Origin: an uncultured Rhodothermales bacterium
GTDB taxonomy: Bacteria > Bacteroidota > Rhodothermia > Rhodothermales > Salinibacteraceae
Length of the DNA stretch: 64,000 nt
Assembly (NCBI GenBank): GCA_964345505.1
Contig: CAYFRR010000001.1
Location: forward strand, 13,322-77,321
Direction of reading: 5' to 3'
Shown: piece after piece, positions 1 to 9,929 of the stretch
Layout of the letters: each line of letters begins with the position of its first letter
Numbering within the stretch: position 1 is the stretch's first letter
Made by a program: the position numbers and the translations under genes
Notes under the pieces: generated by a model
Databases searched by the model: none
What the model was told of the DNA's origin: nothing
What the model saw: only the letters and a program-made list of their open reading frames with translations

Positions 1-1121
1 GGTTAGATGTTTACGTGGGCGTGAGTTCAGGAGCCCTTATTTCGTCCTTGTTGGCCAACGGTATCTCGCCGCGCACTATGAGCCGAGCCGTTGTGAACCA
101 GGCGGACCCGCTGCTCAATGTTAAGCCTGAGATGCTCTTCACGCCGGCGCTGGGGGAGTATGCCTATCGACTGGGCCGGCTCCCAGCAGTAGTGTGGAAG
201 GCTGTGCGTACGCAGGTGGCGCGCCCCTGGGACATCTCGCTGTTCGGGGCTCTGGCCGGCGGCATATCAAGCGCGCTGCCCGTTGGGCTCTTCACAAATG
301 ACCCCTTGGAGCAGCACATTGCGGCTATCCTCTCATCGAAGGGCCGGACCAACGATTTCCGGTCCCTGCACCGCACGCTGCGTATTGTGGCGATGCATCT
401 GGACTCGGCGGAGGTGACCACGTTTGGCGATACTGACACGGCCCATGTGCCGATCTCTAAGGCCGTGCAGGCGTCCACGGCCCTCCCCGGGTTTTATTGC
501 CCGGTGGAAATTGATGGTACGCACTACATCGATGGCGTTGCGCGGCGGACGGTGCACGCCAGCGTAGCGCTTGAGGCAGGGGTGGAGCTTCTTTTCTGCA
601 TCAACCCGATCGTGCCCGTTGACCTGCGCGACTCGATCGTAGAGGGCATTGAAGAGCAACTGGTGGCGCGGGGCCTTCCTGCGGTACTCTCGCAGACGTT
701 CCGGGCGCTCATCTACTCGCGCATGAACACGGGCTTTCGGACGTACGATTACGCTTACCCGAATGCGGACCTCATCCGGATTGAACCCAGCGTGGACGAT
801 CCACGGCTCTTCTTCTCCAACATTTTCAGCTTCTCCAATCGCTACGAGGTCTGCGAGTACGCTTACCGCAGCACCCTCGATTACCTGCATGCCAACGCCG
901 AGGTCATCGACCGCAAACTGCAGCGCCACGGATTTCGTCTCCGCCGCTCCGTCACGGACGATACGACGCGTCGGCTGTTCGATACGGGCTCTGCGGCTGC
1001 CGCTGCCGGCAACCCGGTGGAGCAAGCAGCCGCAGTACTCGACCGATTGGACCGTACGCTGGACCGTATCGCGGAGCGCCCGCAAGCGGACGCTGAGGCA
1101 GAACCAGCGGAAGTGGTGTGA
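1..1121 (+). CDS. patatin-like phospholipase (5' end outside window)
   Basis: Reading frame is open to base 1 (..DVYVGVSSGA contains the GxSxG nucleophile elbow). A later YIDGV Asp motif is present. 368-aa ORF in the track. Confidence 0.85.
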   Translation, partial: LDVYVGVSSGALISSLLANGISPRTMSRAVVNQADPLLNVKPEMLFTPALGEYAYRLGRLPAVVWKAVRTQVARPWDISLFGALAGGISSALPVGLFTNDPLEQHIAAILSSKGRTNDFRSLHRTLRIVAMHLDSAEVTTFGDTDTAHVPISKAVQASTALPGFYCPVEIDGTHYIDGVARRTVHASVALEAGVELLFCINPIVPVDLRDSIVEGIEEQLVARGLPAVLSQTFRALIYSRMNTGFRTYDYAYPNADLIRIEPSVDDPRLFFSNIFSFSNRYEVCEYAYRSTLDYLHANAEVIDRKLQRHGFRLRRSVTDDTTRRLFDTGSAAAAAGNPVEQAAAVLDRLDRTLDRIAERPQADAEAEPAEVV

Positions 1122-1128
1122 GATGTGC

Positions 1129-2451
1129 TTACGACGCCTCGTCTGGTTCCTCCCTCCGGGCGGCGTCTTCCAGAGAGGCACGGGAAGGCAGCGGGTTGCT
1201 GGCCAGTGACCAGCGGTACGTGCCTTCTCGCACCATGCGTTCCTCCGCGGAGAGCCCGCGGTAACCGTAGGGCGGCTCCCGAAACTCACGCGAGAGCGCC
1301 AGGATGAACCACCCGAGCGGGAGGTAAAAAGCACCAATATCGAGGTCGCGAAGGATCGCGTGCAGGGTGCTCCTGGCTGGTGGGCGCTGCCGGTCGCGGT
1401 CGTGGCGCATCACGGTGAACGGCCATCCGGTGGGTAAAACGCGACTGCGGCGGCCTTTGGCTTGCTTGAGCGAGCGCCACAGCCCCTTCAGGTCCCACGG
1501 CTTGTCACCGTGCCGGTGTACGGCGGCATCCAGGTTGCGCTGCGACGTCTGCCTGATGCGCTCAGCTGCGCGCATGAGCTCAGCCCGTTTGGGATTGTTC
1601 AGGTCGTCGCATCCCTCGGACCGGAGCAGGGCGCGGACGTCGATAGGGTCGCCAATCTCGAAGACCATCCGGCTTGGAAAGGCGAAATAAAAGATAAACG
1701 GGAAAATTAGTGCCAGCAGCGCGATAGGCAGTGGGAAAAAGGGGAGGCCCAGCAGCTGATCGCCGAGGCGGTCAATTGGGTCGAAGGTAAAGCTGGTTGG
1801 GTTGACCCACTCCGCGTTCACGACGCTGACAGGGTAGACGGGGGCGTCGTGCTTGGCAGCCAACACGATGAAGCTGGAGTGGAAGTGCTGCAGCTGGTAG
1901 CGCTTGGTGAAGCCCTTCCCAATGCCGGGCACGCCCTCAGGGTAGTATATGACGCGTTCTCCCCGTTCCAGGAGCTGGTCGTAATTCCCGAAGGTCATGT
2001 CCACCCCACCGCAGCGCCGCCACCAATTGTCCAGCGTGTAGAGGCGCATCCACCAGGTCGCGGCCAGCTTCGGCGAGAAGACCGACCGAAACTTACGGTC
2101 GCGTTGGTAGCCGTCGCGGCGCCACAACATCAGATCCAGAATGACGCCATCGTGCGGGAAGGCGGTGCCGCTGTGGTTGGGCGCGACGATCAGCGGACCC
2201 TCATCCATGAGCTTCTCCGTGCCGATCAGTTCGGCACGGAAGTAATGATCCGCGATGTCCTCATACACCTCGTCGAGCAGACTATAGAGGTAGGGCCAGT
2301 CGATAGGATCACCCGGCTGGCCGGTGGGAGGCAACATCGGCAGGTCCACCGGATCGGCCTGCAGTGGGTCGAAGGGTTCGTAGAGGGCGTCGATGTCCTC
2401 CTCACCGAGCGAAAGGCTGAGGTCGGACCAGGGGGAAGCAGGAGGGGCCAT
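1129..2451 (-). CDS. lysophospholipid/glycerolipid acyltransferase-family protein
   Basis: PNHSGTAFPHD and YYPEGVPG resemble acyltransferase motifs I and III; a hydrophobic segment follows. Start placed at the second Met (MAPPASPW). The alternative start at 2532 would overlap the upstream gene by 44 nt. Confidence 0.75.
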   Translation of the reverse strand: MAPPASPWSDLSLSLGEEDIDALYEPFDPLQADPVDLPMLPPTGQPGDPIDWPYLYSLLDEVYEDIADHYFRAELIGTEKLMDEGPLIVAPNHSGTAFPHDGVILDLMLWRRDGYQRDRKFRSVFSPKLAATWWMRLYTLDNWWRRCGGVDMTFGNYDQLLERGERVIYYPEGVPGIGKGFTKRYQLQHFHSSFIVLAAKHDAPVYPVSVVNAEWVNPTSFTFDPIDRLGDQLLGLPFFPLPIALLALIFPFIFYFAFPSRMVFEIGDPIDVRALLRSEGCDDLNNPKRAELMRAAERIRQTSQRNLDAAVHRHGDKPWDLKGLWRSLKQAKGRRSRVLPTGWPFTVMRHDRDRQRPPARSTLHAILRDLDIGAFYLPLGWFILALSREFREPPYGYRGLSAEERMVREGTYRWSLASNPLPSRASLEDAARREEPDEAS

Positions 2452-2488
2452 CGGGAGGAGCACATGCGTGAGAAGGCGGGGGGCGTCG

Positions 2489-4354
2489 TCAGTCACTTCT
2501 GCCAAAGACGGCAAGCACAAAGCCAAGAGCAAAGAGCACGACCCAGAGCGTCACCGGTCCATCCTGCACGACGGCGAGCGCCCCGCCCACGATGCAGGCG
2601 CCCGCCAGAATACCACTCCGAAGTCCGGCGATGGGGTTGCGCGAATCGCGGTTGTTCATCGCCTCCTCCAGGTACTTGGCCCCAGAGGTAAGCAGCTGAG
2701 GGGATCGGACGATCAGGTCTACCATTTCCGGCGCGTTGCGCAGCACCTCGCGGCCCAGCACGCGCGGATCAAACCGCTCGCGAAAGATGGAGGCTACGTG
2801 ACGCTCAGACACGGCCGAAATGTTGACGTCCGGATCCAGCGTGCGCCCGACCCCCTCAAACGTCACCAGTGCCTTCACCATCAGGGTCATTTCTACAGGA
2901 AAAAAGACATGGTACTTGCCGCCCAGGTTCAGGGACGCAATGATGAGCTCCGCGATGCTAAAGTCGCTGCTCCGGCCCTGCATGATGAACCGGCGGGAGA
3001 GGTCCTCCACCGCTCGTTTGAAGCCCTGTGGATCGGCTCCTTTGCCCAGGCGCGCCAGGTCCATGAGGTAGCGCGAGGCACCGTCCACATCGCCCTGTAC
3101 GAGAGCGTAGAAGTAATACATCAGGCGGTGCCGGGTCTGCTCTCCAAACCGGCCTACCATCCCAAAATCAATAAACCCAATGCGGATGGGACGGCCGGGA
3201 ATAATCATGAGGTTGCCCGCATGCAAGTCGGCGTGAAAGAAACCGTCTTTATAGAGCATGCGGATGATGGAGGCCGCGCCGAGGTCTACCACGCGCTCCC
3301 GCTCATCTTCGGTGAGCTCTTCCGTTCGCGGCGACCCTGGCGCAAACCCACGGATACGCTCCATGGTGAGGACATTCTTCGACGTTAGGTCGCGGTAGAT
3401 CTTGGGAAAGACCACATCCGGCATGTCGCCAAAATTGGCGTCGAAGATCTCCGCGTTGTCGGCCTCAAAGGAGTAGTCTACCTCTTTCTGCGTGTAGGTG
3501 ATGAACTCCTGGATGATCTGCTGAGGCTGATACTTCGGGATCAACCATTGCAGAATGACGCCGACGAACTCCAGCAACTTGAGGTCATAGCTGATGGCCT
3601 CGCGGATCCCCGGTTTGATGACCTTGCAGACGACATCCGCGCCCTCCTGGGTGGTGGCCTGGTGGGCCTGCGCGATGGAGCCTGCCCCCAGGGGCTCAGC
3701 GTCAAAGAAGGCGAAGAGCTCGTCGGCGGGCTCGCCAAAGTCGCGTTCTACGATGGCAAAGACCTGCTCCGGTGCGATAGGCGGGAGCCGGTCGAAGAGA
3801 CTGCTCAGTTCGTCGGTCACGGCCTTCGGCAGCAGGTCGCGGCGGATCGCCAGCACCTGCCCGAGCTTGATGAACGTGGGCCCGAGGATCTCCAGCCGTC
3901 GCCGCAGCTGCTCTGGAAAGGGCAGGGCCACGATAGAGCGCTTGACGAAAAACTTAGCAACCCACGCAGCAACCCGCGGCCCGATGGTCCGGAAGCCTCG
4001 CCTGAGTTCCGGTGGCAGAGAGCGCGCATAGGCTACCATTCCGCCGAGCAGCAACCCGATGACGTGCCGATACACGGTAAAGAAGCGCCGCACGGCCCCT
4101 TTGTAGACGGCCAGCGGATCCCACTTAAAGGATTGCTTGGGCGTGCCCGGCGGGCGGACATCGTCGACGGGCTCTTGCGGGTGCTCCTTTTCGGAGCGAG
4201 CAGACGGATCCGACGCATCGCTGGCCGCATCGCGTGCGTGCGCCAGCGCCCGTCCGTTTCCTGATGGCGCCCGCGCATCTGTGGCATCCGTGCCATCCGG
4301 AGCGGAGGGGGAAGATGTGGAGGGGGCTTCCGACATACAGGCGGTCGTATTCAT
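2489..4354 (-). CDS. ABC1/UbiB/AarF-family atypical kinase
   Basis: ILGPTFIKLGQVLAIRRDLLP signature, kinase-like core FFHADLHAGNL, C-terminal TM helices, acidic low-complexity N-terminus. Confidence 0.9.
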   Translation of the reverse strand: MNTTACMSEAPSTSSPSAPDGTDATDARAPSGNGRALAHARDAASDASDPSARSEKEHPQEPVDDVRPPGTPKQSFKWDPLAVYKGAVRRFFTVYRHVIGLLLGGMVAYARSLPPELRRGFRTIGPRVAAWVAKFFVKRSIVALPFPEQLRRRLEILGPTFIKLGQVLAIRRDLLPKAVTDELSSLFDRLPPIAPEQVFAIVERDFGEPADELFAFFDAEPLGAGSIAQAHQATTQEGADVVCKVIKPGIREAISYDLKLLEFVGVILQWLIPKYQPQQIIQEFITYTQKEVDYSFEADNAEIFDANFGDMPDVVFPKIYRDLTSKNVLTMERIRGFAPGSPRTEELTEDERERVVDLGAASIIRMLYKDGFFHADLHAGNLMIIPGRPIRIGFIDFGMVGRFGEQTRHRLMYYFYALVQGDVDGASRYLMDLARLGKGADPQGFKRAVEDLSRRFIMQGRSSDFSIAELIIASLNLGGKYHVFFPVEMTLMVKALVTFEGVGRTLDPDVNISAVSERHVASIFRERFDPRVLGREVLRNAPEMVDLIVRSPQLLTSGAKYLEEAMNNRDSRNPIAGLRSGILAGACIVGGALAVVQDGPVTLWVVLFALGFVLAVFGRSD

Positions 4355-4478
4355 CGCGAGGGTATCCGTCGTACCTTGCCGAGGGGGATTTAGTTTGACG
4401 CAGGCCCAAACCGCGGGCGTACGGCGGGTCGAACCACGCGACGTGGGCGTGGCAACCTACAGGTGGAGTGGGGTGCAC

Positions 4479-6317
4479 TCAGGCCTCGTAGATCGCATCG
4501 ATTTGGCGGGCGTACCGCTCGTGGATCACCGAACGCCGTTGGCTCATCTTGGGCGTGAGTTCACCGCTGTCAATGGTAAAGGGCTGCGGCAGAAGGCGGA
4601 ACTGCTTCACCTGCTCCCAGGGCGAAAGGCCTTTGTTTGTCTCGCCAATCGCATTCTGAATGGCCTCCCGCACCGCCTTTTGCTCCAGCGCGTCGGGGAG
4701 GGCTGTATCTTCGGAAATCAGGCCGTCGGAGCGAAGTGCCTCCACGTTGGGCACGATCAGCGCGCCGCAGTACTTCCGGCCGGCCCCAACCACCACGGCC
4801 TGATCGATCATGGGATGCGAGGCGAGGCTGGACTCGATGGGCTGCGGCGCTACGTACTTGCCGGTAGAAAGCTTGAAGAGGGCCTTCTTTCGGTCGGTGA
4901 TATACAGCTGCCCCTCGCGGTCCATGCGCCCGATGTCGCCCGTGCAGAGCCAGCCGTCGTCGGTGAATACCTCCGCCGTCTTGCCGGGCAGTTTGTAATA
5001 CCCCTGCATCACATGGGGCCCCTTCGTCTGGATCTCTCCGTCGTCAGCGATGCGGACCCGTACGTTCCGCAATGGCGTGCCCACCGACCCGGCCTTCAGG
5101 TGCTTCGGATGGTAGACGGCGATCACCGGGGAGGTCTCGGTCATCCCGTAGCCCTGCCCGCAGAAGATACCGAGCGCGTTGATGAAGTTCATGATCTTGG
5201 GGGCCAACGCCGCGCCGCCGCTGGTGATGCCAACCAGGTTGCCGCCAAAAAGCGCCCGGATCTTGCTGAACACGAGCCGGTCGGCCATGGCGTGCTGCGC
5301 CTGCTCGGCCAGGCTCTGGCGCCGGTCCACGTCGTATGCGGTCGCCAGGTCTACCGCCCACGTGCCAATCGATTTCTGAAACCCGGTCATCTGGCGCGCT
5401 TTCGCCCGCACGCTCTCGAACACTTTCTCCAGAAGGCGCGGCACGGTCGAAAAGTGCACGGGCTTAACCGTCTGCACATCGTCCAGAAACTCCTCAAAGT
5501 GCTCCACGAAGTAAATTGGGAACCCAATGTACAGGTAGAGCAGCGAGAGCATCCGCTCAAAGACGTGCGAGAGGGGCAGATAGGAGAGCACCCGATGGCC
5601 TCGGTGCTCCTCGGGGCTAAAGGGCATCCGCTCCAGAGAGGCCAGGACGTTAGAGACGAGGTTGCGGTGCGTTAGCATCACGCCCTTAGGCTTGCCGGTG
5701 GTGCCTGAGGTGTAAATGAACGAGTATAAATCGTCAGGCTCCACGGCGGCCCGCCAGGCCGGAAACCGCTCCGGATGTTGTTGCTCCACGGCAACCCCCG
5801 CAGCCAGCACGTCAGCAAACGTGTGCATCGACGGGTGAAAGCTGCCGCGCAGTCCCACAAGCAGGTCCAGCGCGGGAAGGTCATCGAGGTGTGGTTCGAC
5901 GGCCGCAAAGAGTGCCGCAGTGGAACCGATGTAGGCATGGACGTCGGCATTCGATAAGATATACTGAATTTGCTCGCCCGGTTGGGTCGGGTAGAGCGGC
6001 ACGCTGATGGCGCCCATCGCGGCCAACGCCTGGTCCACCATGAGCCACTGCGTGCTACTTTCGGCATGCAGCGCCACCCGGTCGCCACGCTCCACGCCCA
6101 GTGCGTGCAGGCCCAGCGCCAGCCGCCGCACCTGTGCCTCCATGGCTTTCGGAGAAGTGGCATGCCAGGATCCGTCGCGCTTGGTGGAGGCGCAGACGCC
6201 GGTGGTGTTGCGCGTCAATCCAAATGCAAAAAGGTCAGGTACGGTGCGGAGCGTCTGGCCGTCTGCGCGCACGGAGGTAAAGTCGGGCGCCGGGGTGGTG
6301 TCGGCAAGCGTACGCAT
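4479..6317 (-). CDS. long-chain acyl-CoA synthetase (AMP-forming)
   Basis: AMP-binding motifs YTSGTTGKPKGVMLTHRN and GYGMTETS; 612 aa. Confidence 0.9.
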   Translation of the reverse strand: MRTLADTTPAPDFTSVRADGQTLRTVPDLFAFGLTRNTTGVCASTKRDGSWHATSPKAMEAQVRRLALGLHALGVERGDRVALHAESSTQWLMVDQALAAMGAISVPLYPTQPGEQIQYILSNADVHAYIGSTAALFAAVEPHLDDLPALDLLVGLRGSFHPSMHTFADVLAAGVAVEQQHPERFPAWRAAVEPDDLYSFIYTSGTTGKPKGVMLTHRNLVSNVLASLERMPFSPEEHRGHRVLSYLPLSHVFERMLSLLYLYIGFPIYFVEHFEEFLDDVQTVKPVHFSTVPRLLEKVFESVRAKARQMTGFQKSIGTWAVDLATAYDVDRRQSLAEQAQHAMADRLVFSKIRALFGGNLVGITSGGAALAPKIMNFINALGIFCGQGYGMTETSPVIAVYHPKHLKAGSVGTPLRNVRVRIADDGEIQTKGPHVMQGYYKLPGKTAEVFTDDGWLCTGDIGRMDREGQLYITDRKKALFKLSTGKYVAPQPIESSLASHPMIDQAVVVGAGRKYCGALIVPNVEALRSDGLISEDTALPDALEQKAVREAIQNAIGETNKGLSPWEQVKQFRLLPQPFTIDSGELTPKMSQRRSVIHERYARQIDAIYEA

Positions 6318-6349
6318 GGAGAGAGGGGAGATGAGCGGGAAGGGAGCGC

Positions 6350-7891
6350 CTATCGGTTGCGGCCATAGGCCTCATGGCTGGAGACCCAGTCGGAGGAAGA
6401 GATGGCGGCGCCGAGGGATAACTCGCCCGCCAGCGCGACACCGGCGATGATCTCCGCCAGCTTGCGGACCTTATCTTTTCCGTAGCAGCCCATCATTTCG
6501 AGGCACTCGCGCTGGGTAGCCAGGCTCGTACCACCGCCATACGTGGCTACGATGAGGGAAGGGATGGTGAGCGAGGTGTACAGGTCGCCGTCGTCGGTGA
6601 CTTCAGAGTACAGAATCCCGGCGGACGACTCCGCGACATTGGCGACGTCCTGCCCGGTGGCAATGAACATGGCCGTAATGGCATTGGGCGAATGCGCCCC
6701 GTTGTTGTTGGCCCCAGAAAAGAAAGCGCCTACCGTGGCTACGCCCCAGTGGTACGCCAGACTCTCGGGCACCACGCGCATGTGCTGCTCCAGGACCTCG
6801 CGTTTGACCACGACTTCTGCGGTCACGCGCTTGCCGCGCGTCCGCATGATGTTTACTTGCGAGGCTTTCTTATCAGTGGCAAAGTTGGATTCGAGGTAAA
6901 AGTGCTCGATGCCATCGTAGTTATCCATGATCCATCCGCATGCGGCGAAGGTGGCGCGGCCCACCATGTTTTGACCCGCGGCGTCGCCGGTGGAATAGTT
7001 GAAGCGGAGATAAGCGAATTTGTTAGCCAGGTAGGGATCCACGTACTGTAGCTTGGCCACACTGGAGGTCGCCTCGGCCTCCTCACGGATACGATCCATG
7101 TGTTCATGTACCCAGTCCACAAAGTCGCGCGCCTCGCGGCCGGACGAGAACACAAACACCGGTGCGCGCTGCATGGCGTCGCCGACCACCGTGCACGTCG
7201 CCCCCCCGCTCAGGTTGACGACCTTGATACCCCGATTATACGACGCCACCAGCGTGCCCTCCGTGGTGGCAAGCGGCACCAGAAACTCCCCCTGGGCCTC
7301 CTCGCCCTTAATGTGAATAGGGCCGGCCAGGCCCAACGGAATCTGCGCCGCACCCACGAGCGATTCGCAGTTTCCTTCCATGTTGTGCGCGGGAAATGTA
7401 AAGTGAGGCACATGCTTCAGTTCGACCCCGGCATAGTCCTTCACGAATCGCTGCCGCTCTTCAATAGCCGCATCGCAGTAGTCATCGCTGGGGTCGCGGG
7501 GGATGCGGGTGAGCGCGTCATCTTGCTCACGCAGGCTGTCTTCCACCGACAGCTTGAGCTTGCCAAAGGGTTTGGCGCGCACCACGATCTCGATGCTGTG
7601 CTTCCCTTTCGGAAGGTTAGGGTGTGCCGTCTGCACGGTCAGGGTCTCACGCAGCGGGAAGTCGAGGGCGTTCTTTTTGCTGATGACGGTAGCGCCGTAC
7701 CGATTGCCGTCGCTATCGCGCAGCACCACTTCTTCCAGCGGAAGCGCGCTCCCTCCAACGGAGACCTTCAGGACCTCGGTGACCGTAGCGTCACTGAGTC
7801 GGTTTTTGATGCCGAACTGCACGCCGCGCTCGGCATTTTCAAGACTTCCAAAGGTATAGAGTTGCTTCAGCAGCGCACTGGGTACGAACAT
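6350..7891 (-). CDS. HMG-CoA reductase-like (class I type) with N-terminal extra domain of about 120 aa
   Basis: Catalytic-domain motifs PLATTEGTLVASYNRG, STGDAAGQNM, ATDKKAS and TYGGGT. The first ~120 aa have no counterpart in the catalytic core. Confidence 0.85.
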   Translation of the reverse strand: MFVPSALLKQLYTFGSLENAERGVQFGIKNRLSDATVTEVLKVSVGGSALPLEEVVLRDSDGNRYGATVISKKNALDFPLRETLTVQTAHPNLPKGKHSIEIVVRAKPFGKLKLSVEDSLREQDDALTRIPRDPSDDYCDAAIEERQRFVKDYAGVELKHVPHFTFPAHNMEGNCESLVGAAQIPLGLAGPIHIKGEEAQGEFLVPLATTEGTLVASYNRGIKVVNLSGGATCTVVGDAMQRAPVFVFSSGREARDFVDWVHEHMDRIREEAEATSSVAKLQYVDPYLANKFAYLRFNYSTGDAAGQNMVGRATFAACGWIMDNYDGIEHFYLESNFATDKKASQVNIMRTRGKRVTAEVVVKREVLEQHMRVVPESLAYHWGVATVGAFFSGANNNGAHSPNAITAMFIATGQDVANVAESSAGILYSEVTDDGDLYTSLTIPSLIVATYGGGTSLATQRECLEMMGCYGKDKVRKLAEIIAGVALAGELSLGAAISSSDWVSSHEAYGRNR

Positions 7892-7944
7892 AAAAGGGGA
7901 GGAGCGGGTGGAGAGGGTAGGGAAGAGCGACGCTGATGGTGAGG

Positions 7945-9135
7945 CTATGAGGTGGCCAGCGTCTCATCCTCTGGCGGATCGAACCGTGCGCGGAGCCAGT
8001 CCTCCTTCAGCGCGGTATCCGTCAGGGTGTAGTAGGAAAGAAAGTTGGGCAATTGGTAGTGGCGGCGCTGATTGTGTACCTGCACGACCAACTCATCGCC
8101 GTACTGTTGGACCTCAAAGGTTTCAGTATGAAGAAACGGCAAATGAAGTGCAAGTTCGTAGCCATCGCCGTCGGCGGTGAGATCAAACGTGCGCTGCGTG
8201 TGGAGCACCGCACCGGGGTCATGCTCCGCGTACATCCCGTCCGCGATACGTTGCAGTAGGGCCTCTCCAAACACCTCTTCTCCAAGGTGTGGCACATGCA
8301 GGATGGGCAGGGGCGCAAAGCTCTGTTCGATCTCCTCCAGATAGGCCGCCTGTGCTGTCACATAGTTCTGGAGCGCCGCCCCCAACTCGTCCTCAGGTAA
8401 GATGCGGTTTACGATAACGGCGTCCACCGCATAGCCGTACAGCTGAAGGTACGTGTAGGCCCGCCGTGCCTCGCGGATGACCATGCGCTCTGGATTCATC
8501 ACCAGGCGCACGGTGCTTACCTCCGGGTTGCCCAGGACCTCCTGGATACGCTGCAGTTTACCGAAGAGGGTATCGAGCTCCTCGTAGCCTTTGTCCAGTG
8601 GGATGCCCGTCGTTTTGCGTACGCCAAAGCCGAACGTCTTGATGGCGGTTTTCTGAAAGGGGAGGGCCCGCGAGATCCACCACTGCGTGGCTTGCGGTAG
8701 AGTGAGCAGGCTTAGCGTTTCGCCCGTGGGGGCGCTGTCCACTACAATCACATCATAGGCCTCCTCCGCTTCAAACTTCTCCAGCCACAGGAGCGCCGAT
8801 GCCTCGGCCATCCCCGGCAGGGCCGCCATTTCTTCAGCAGCGATCTTCTCCACCCCCTGCCACCGGAAGGCCGTCAGCATCAGCTGACGCACGTTACCCC
8901 AGTACTTCTGCATGGAGTAATAGAGGTCGATCTCCTGTGCGTACAGGTTGTCCGCGACCTCCCGAGGCTCGGGGCCCAGGTCCTGGTCCAGCGCATCGGC
9001 AAGGCTGTGGGCCGGATCAGATGAGAGGATCAGCGTACGCTGCCCCTGTTGGGCCAGTTTTAGGGCGGTGGCCGCCGCGCAGGTCGTCTTTCCGACGCCG
9101 CCTTTGCCCGTAAACAGTAAAATGCGAGTGGCCAT
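7945..9135 (-). CDS. ArsA/GET3-family ATPase with C-terminal HSP20-like domain
   Basis: Deviant Walker A FTGKGGVGKTT. The C-terminal ~80 aa are beta-rich (YELALHLPFLHTETFEVQQYGDELVV), like ArsA_HSP20. Start placed at MATRILLF; the ORF extends to 9198. Confidence 0.85.
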   Translation of the reverse strand: MATRILLFTGKGGVGKTTCAAATALKLAQQGQRTLILSSDPAHSLADALDQDLGPEPREVADNLYAQEIDLYYSMQKYWGNVRQLMLTAFRWQGVEKIAAEEMAALPGMAEASALLWLEKFEAEEAYDVIVVDSAPTGETLSLLTLPQATQWWISRALPFQKTAIKTFGFGVRKTTGIPLDKGYEELDTLFGKLQRIQEVLGNPEVSTVRLVMNPERMVIREARRAYTYLQLYGYAVDAVIVNRILPEDELGAALQNYVTAQAAYLEEIEQSFAPLPILHVPHLGEEVFGEALLQRIADGMYAEHDPGAVLHTQRTFDLTADGDGYELALHLPFLHTETFEVQQYGDELVVQVHNQRRHYQLPNFLSYYTLTDTALKEDWLRARFDPPEDETLATS

Positions 9136-9335
9136 AAACGCCTCCGGTTGAATGATGACATGGGTTGTCGATACTGATAGCCGTAGGGAAGGGTGCACGG
9201 CTGCTGGTGGTACCAGCGGGCAGTATTACATTTTTGTCGCGCTGCAACACAGCCCCCTGTGGTCTGTTGCTTGCACTCGCTTCACTTCTTGAGGCTGCGC
9301 TTTTACTACATATTCTTTTGTTACCCAGTATACCT

Positions 9336-9842
9336 ATGGGCACGGATACACCAACACTTACCCACGTCACGCCAGAAGGCGGGGCACGCATGGTCGATAT
9401 TTCCGAGAAGAAATCGTCGATCCGTACCGCTGTTGCCCGTGGTCGTGTGCTATTGGGCGCTGACGCGTTTCGCCTGGTAAAGAAAAACAAAGTGGATAAG
9501 GGCGACGTGTTGACGACGGCCCAAATCGCGGGCATCATGGGGGCCAAGCAGACCAGCAAGCTGATCCCGCTATGCCACGACGTATCGGTGCATGGCGTGG
9601 AGATTGAGTTTCATCTGAACGAAGAGCAGCACGCGGTGGACATTCGAGCCTACACGCGTACCGTGGGAGCCACCGGTGTAGAGATGGAAGCCCTCACAGC
9701 CGTCTCCATGGCAGGGCTGACCATCTACGACATGTGCAAGTCGATCACAAAAGACATCACGATCACCGATATTCATCTGCGTGCGAAGACCGGTGGGCAA
9801 AGCGGAGATTATCGCCGGTCGGATCCACCGTCAGCGAATTAA
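9336..9842 (+). CDS. moaC: cyclic pyranopterin monophosphate synthase MoaC
   Basis: MVDISEK.., KLIPLCHDV and GVEMEALTAVSMAGLTIYDMCK motifs. Start at the ATG at 9336 (MGTDTP); the ORF extends to 9165. Confidence 0.9.
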   Translation: MGTDTPTLTHVTPEGGARMVDISEKKSSIRTAVARGRVLLGADAFRLVKKNKVDKGDVLTTAQIAGIMGAKQTSKLIPLCHDVSVHGVEIEFHLNEEQHAVDIRAYTRTVGATGVEMEALTAVSMAGLTIYDMCKSITKDITITDIHLRAKTGGQSGDYRRSDPPSAN

Positions 9843-9929
9843 CCCCGCTGGCGACGCAGCACGGCTCCGCCACCCCTTCCTGCCGACCGCCGCGTCGATC
9901 TGATTTGACCATTATCTCCACGCCTCCTC

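Noticed and set aside
4137-5675. 512-aa plus-strand ORF
   Set aside because: It lies antisense to the acyl-CoA synthetase and ABC1 kinase genes. It is a shadow ORF.
9199-9335. Possible Moco riboswitch or other leader upstream of moaC
   Set aside because: I could not recognise the conserved Moco-motif elements by eye. A covariance-model search (Rfam RF01055) would be needed to decide. The region is more simply a divergent promoter shared with the ArsA-family gene.
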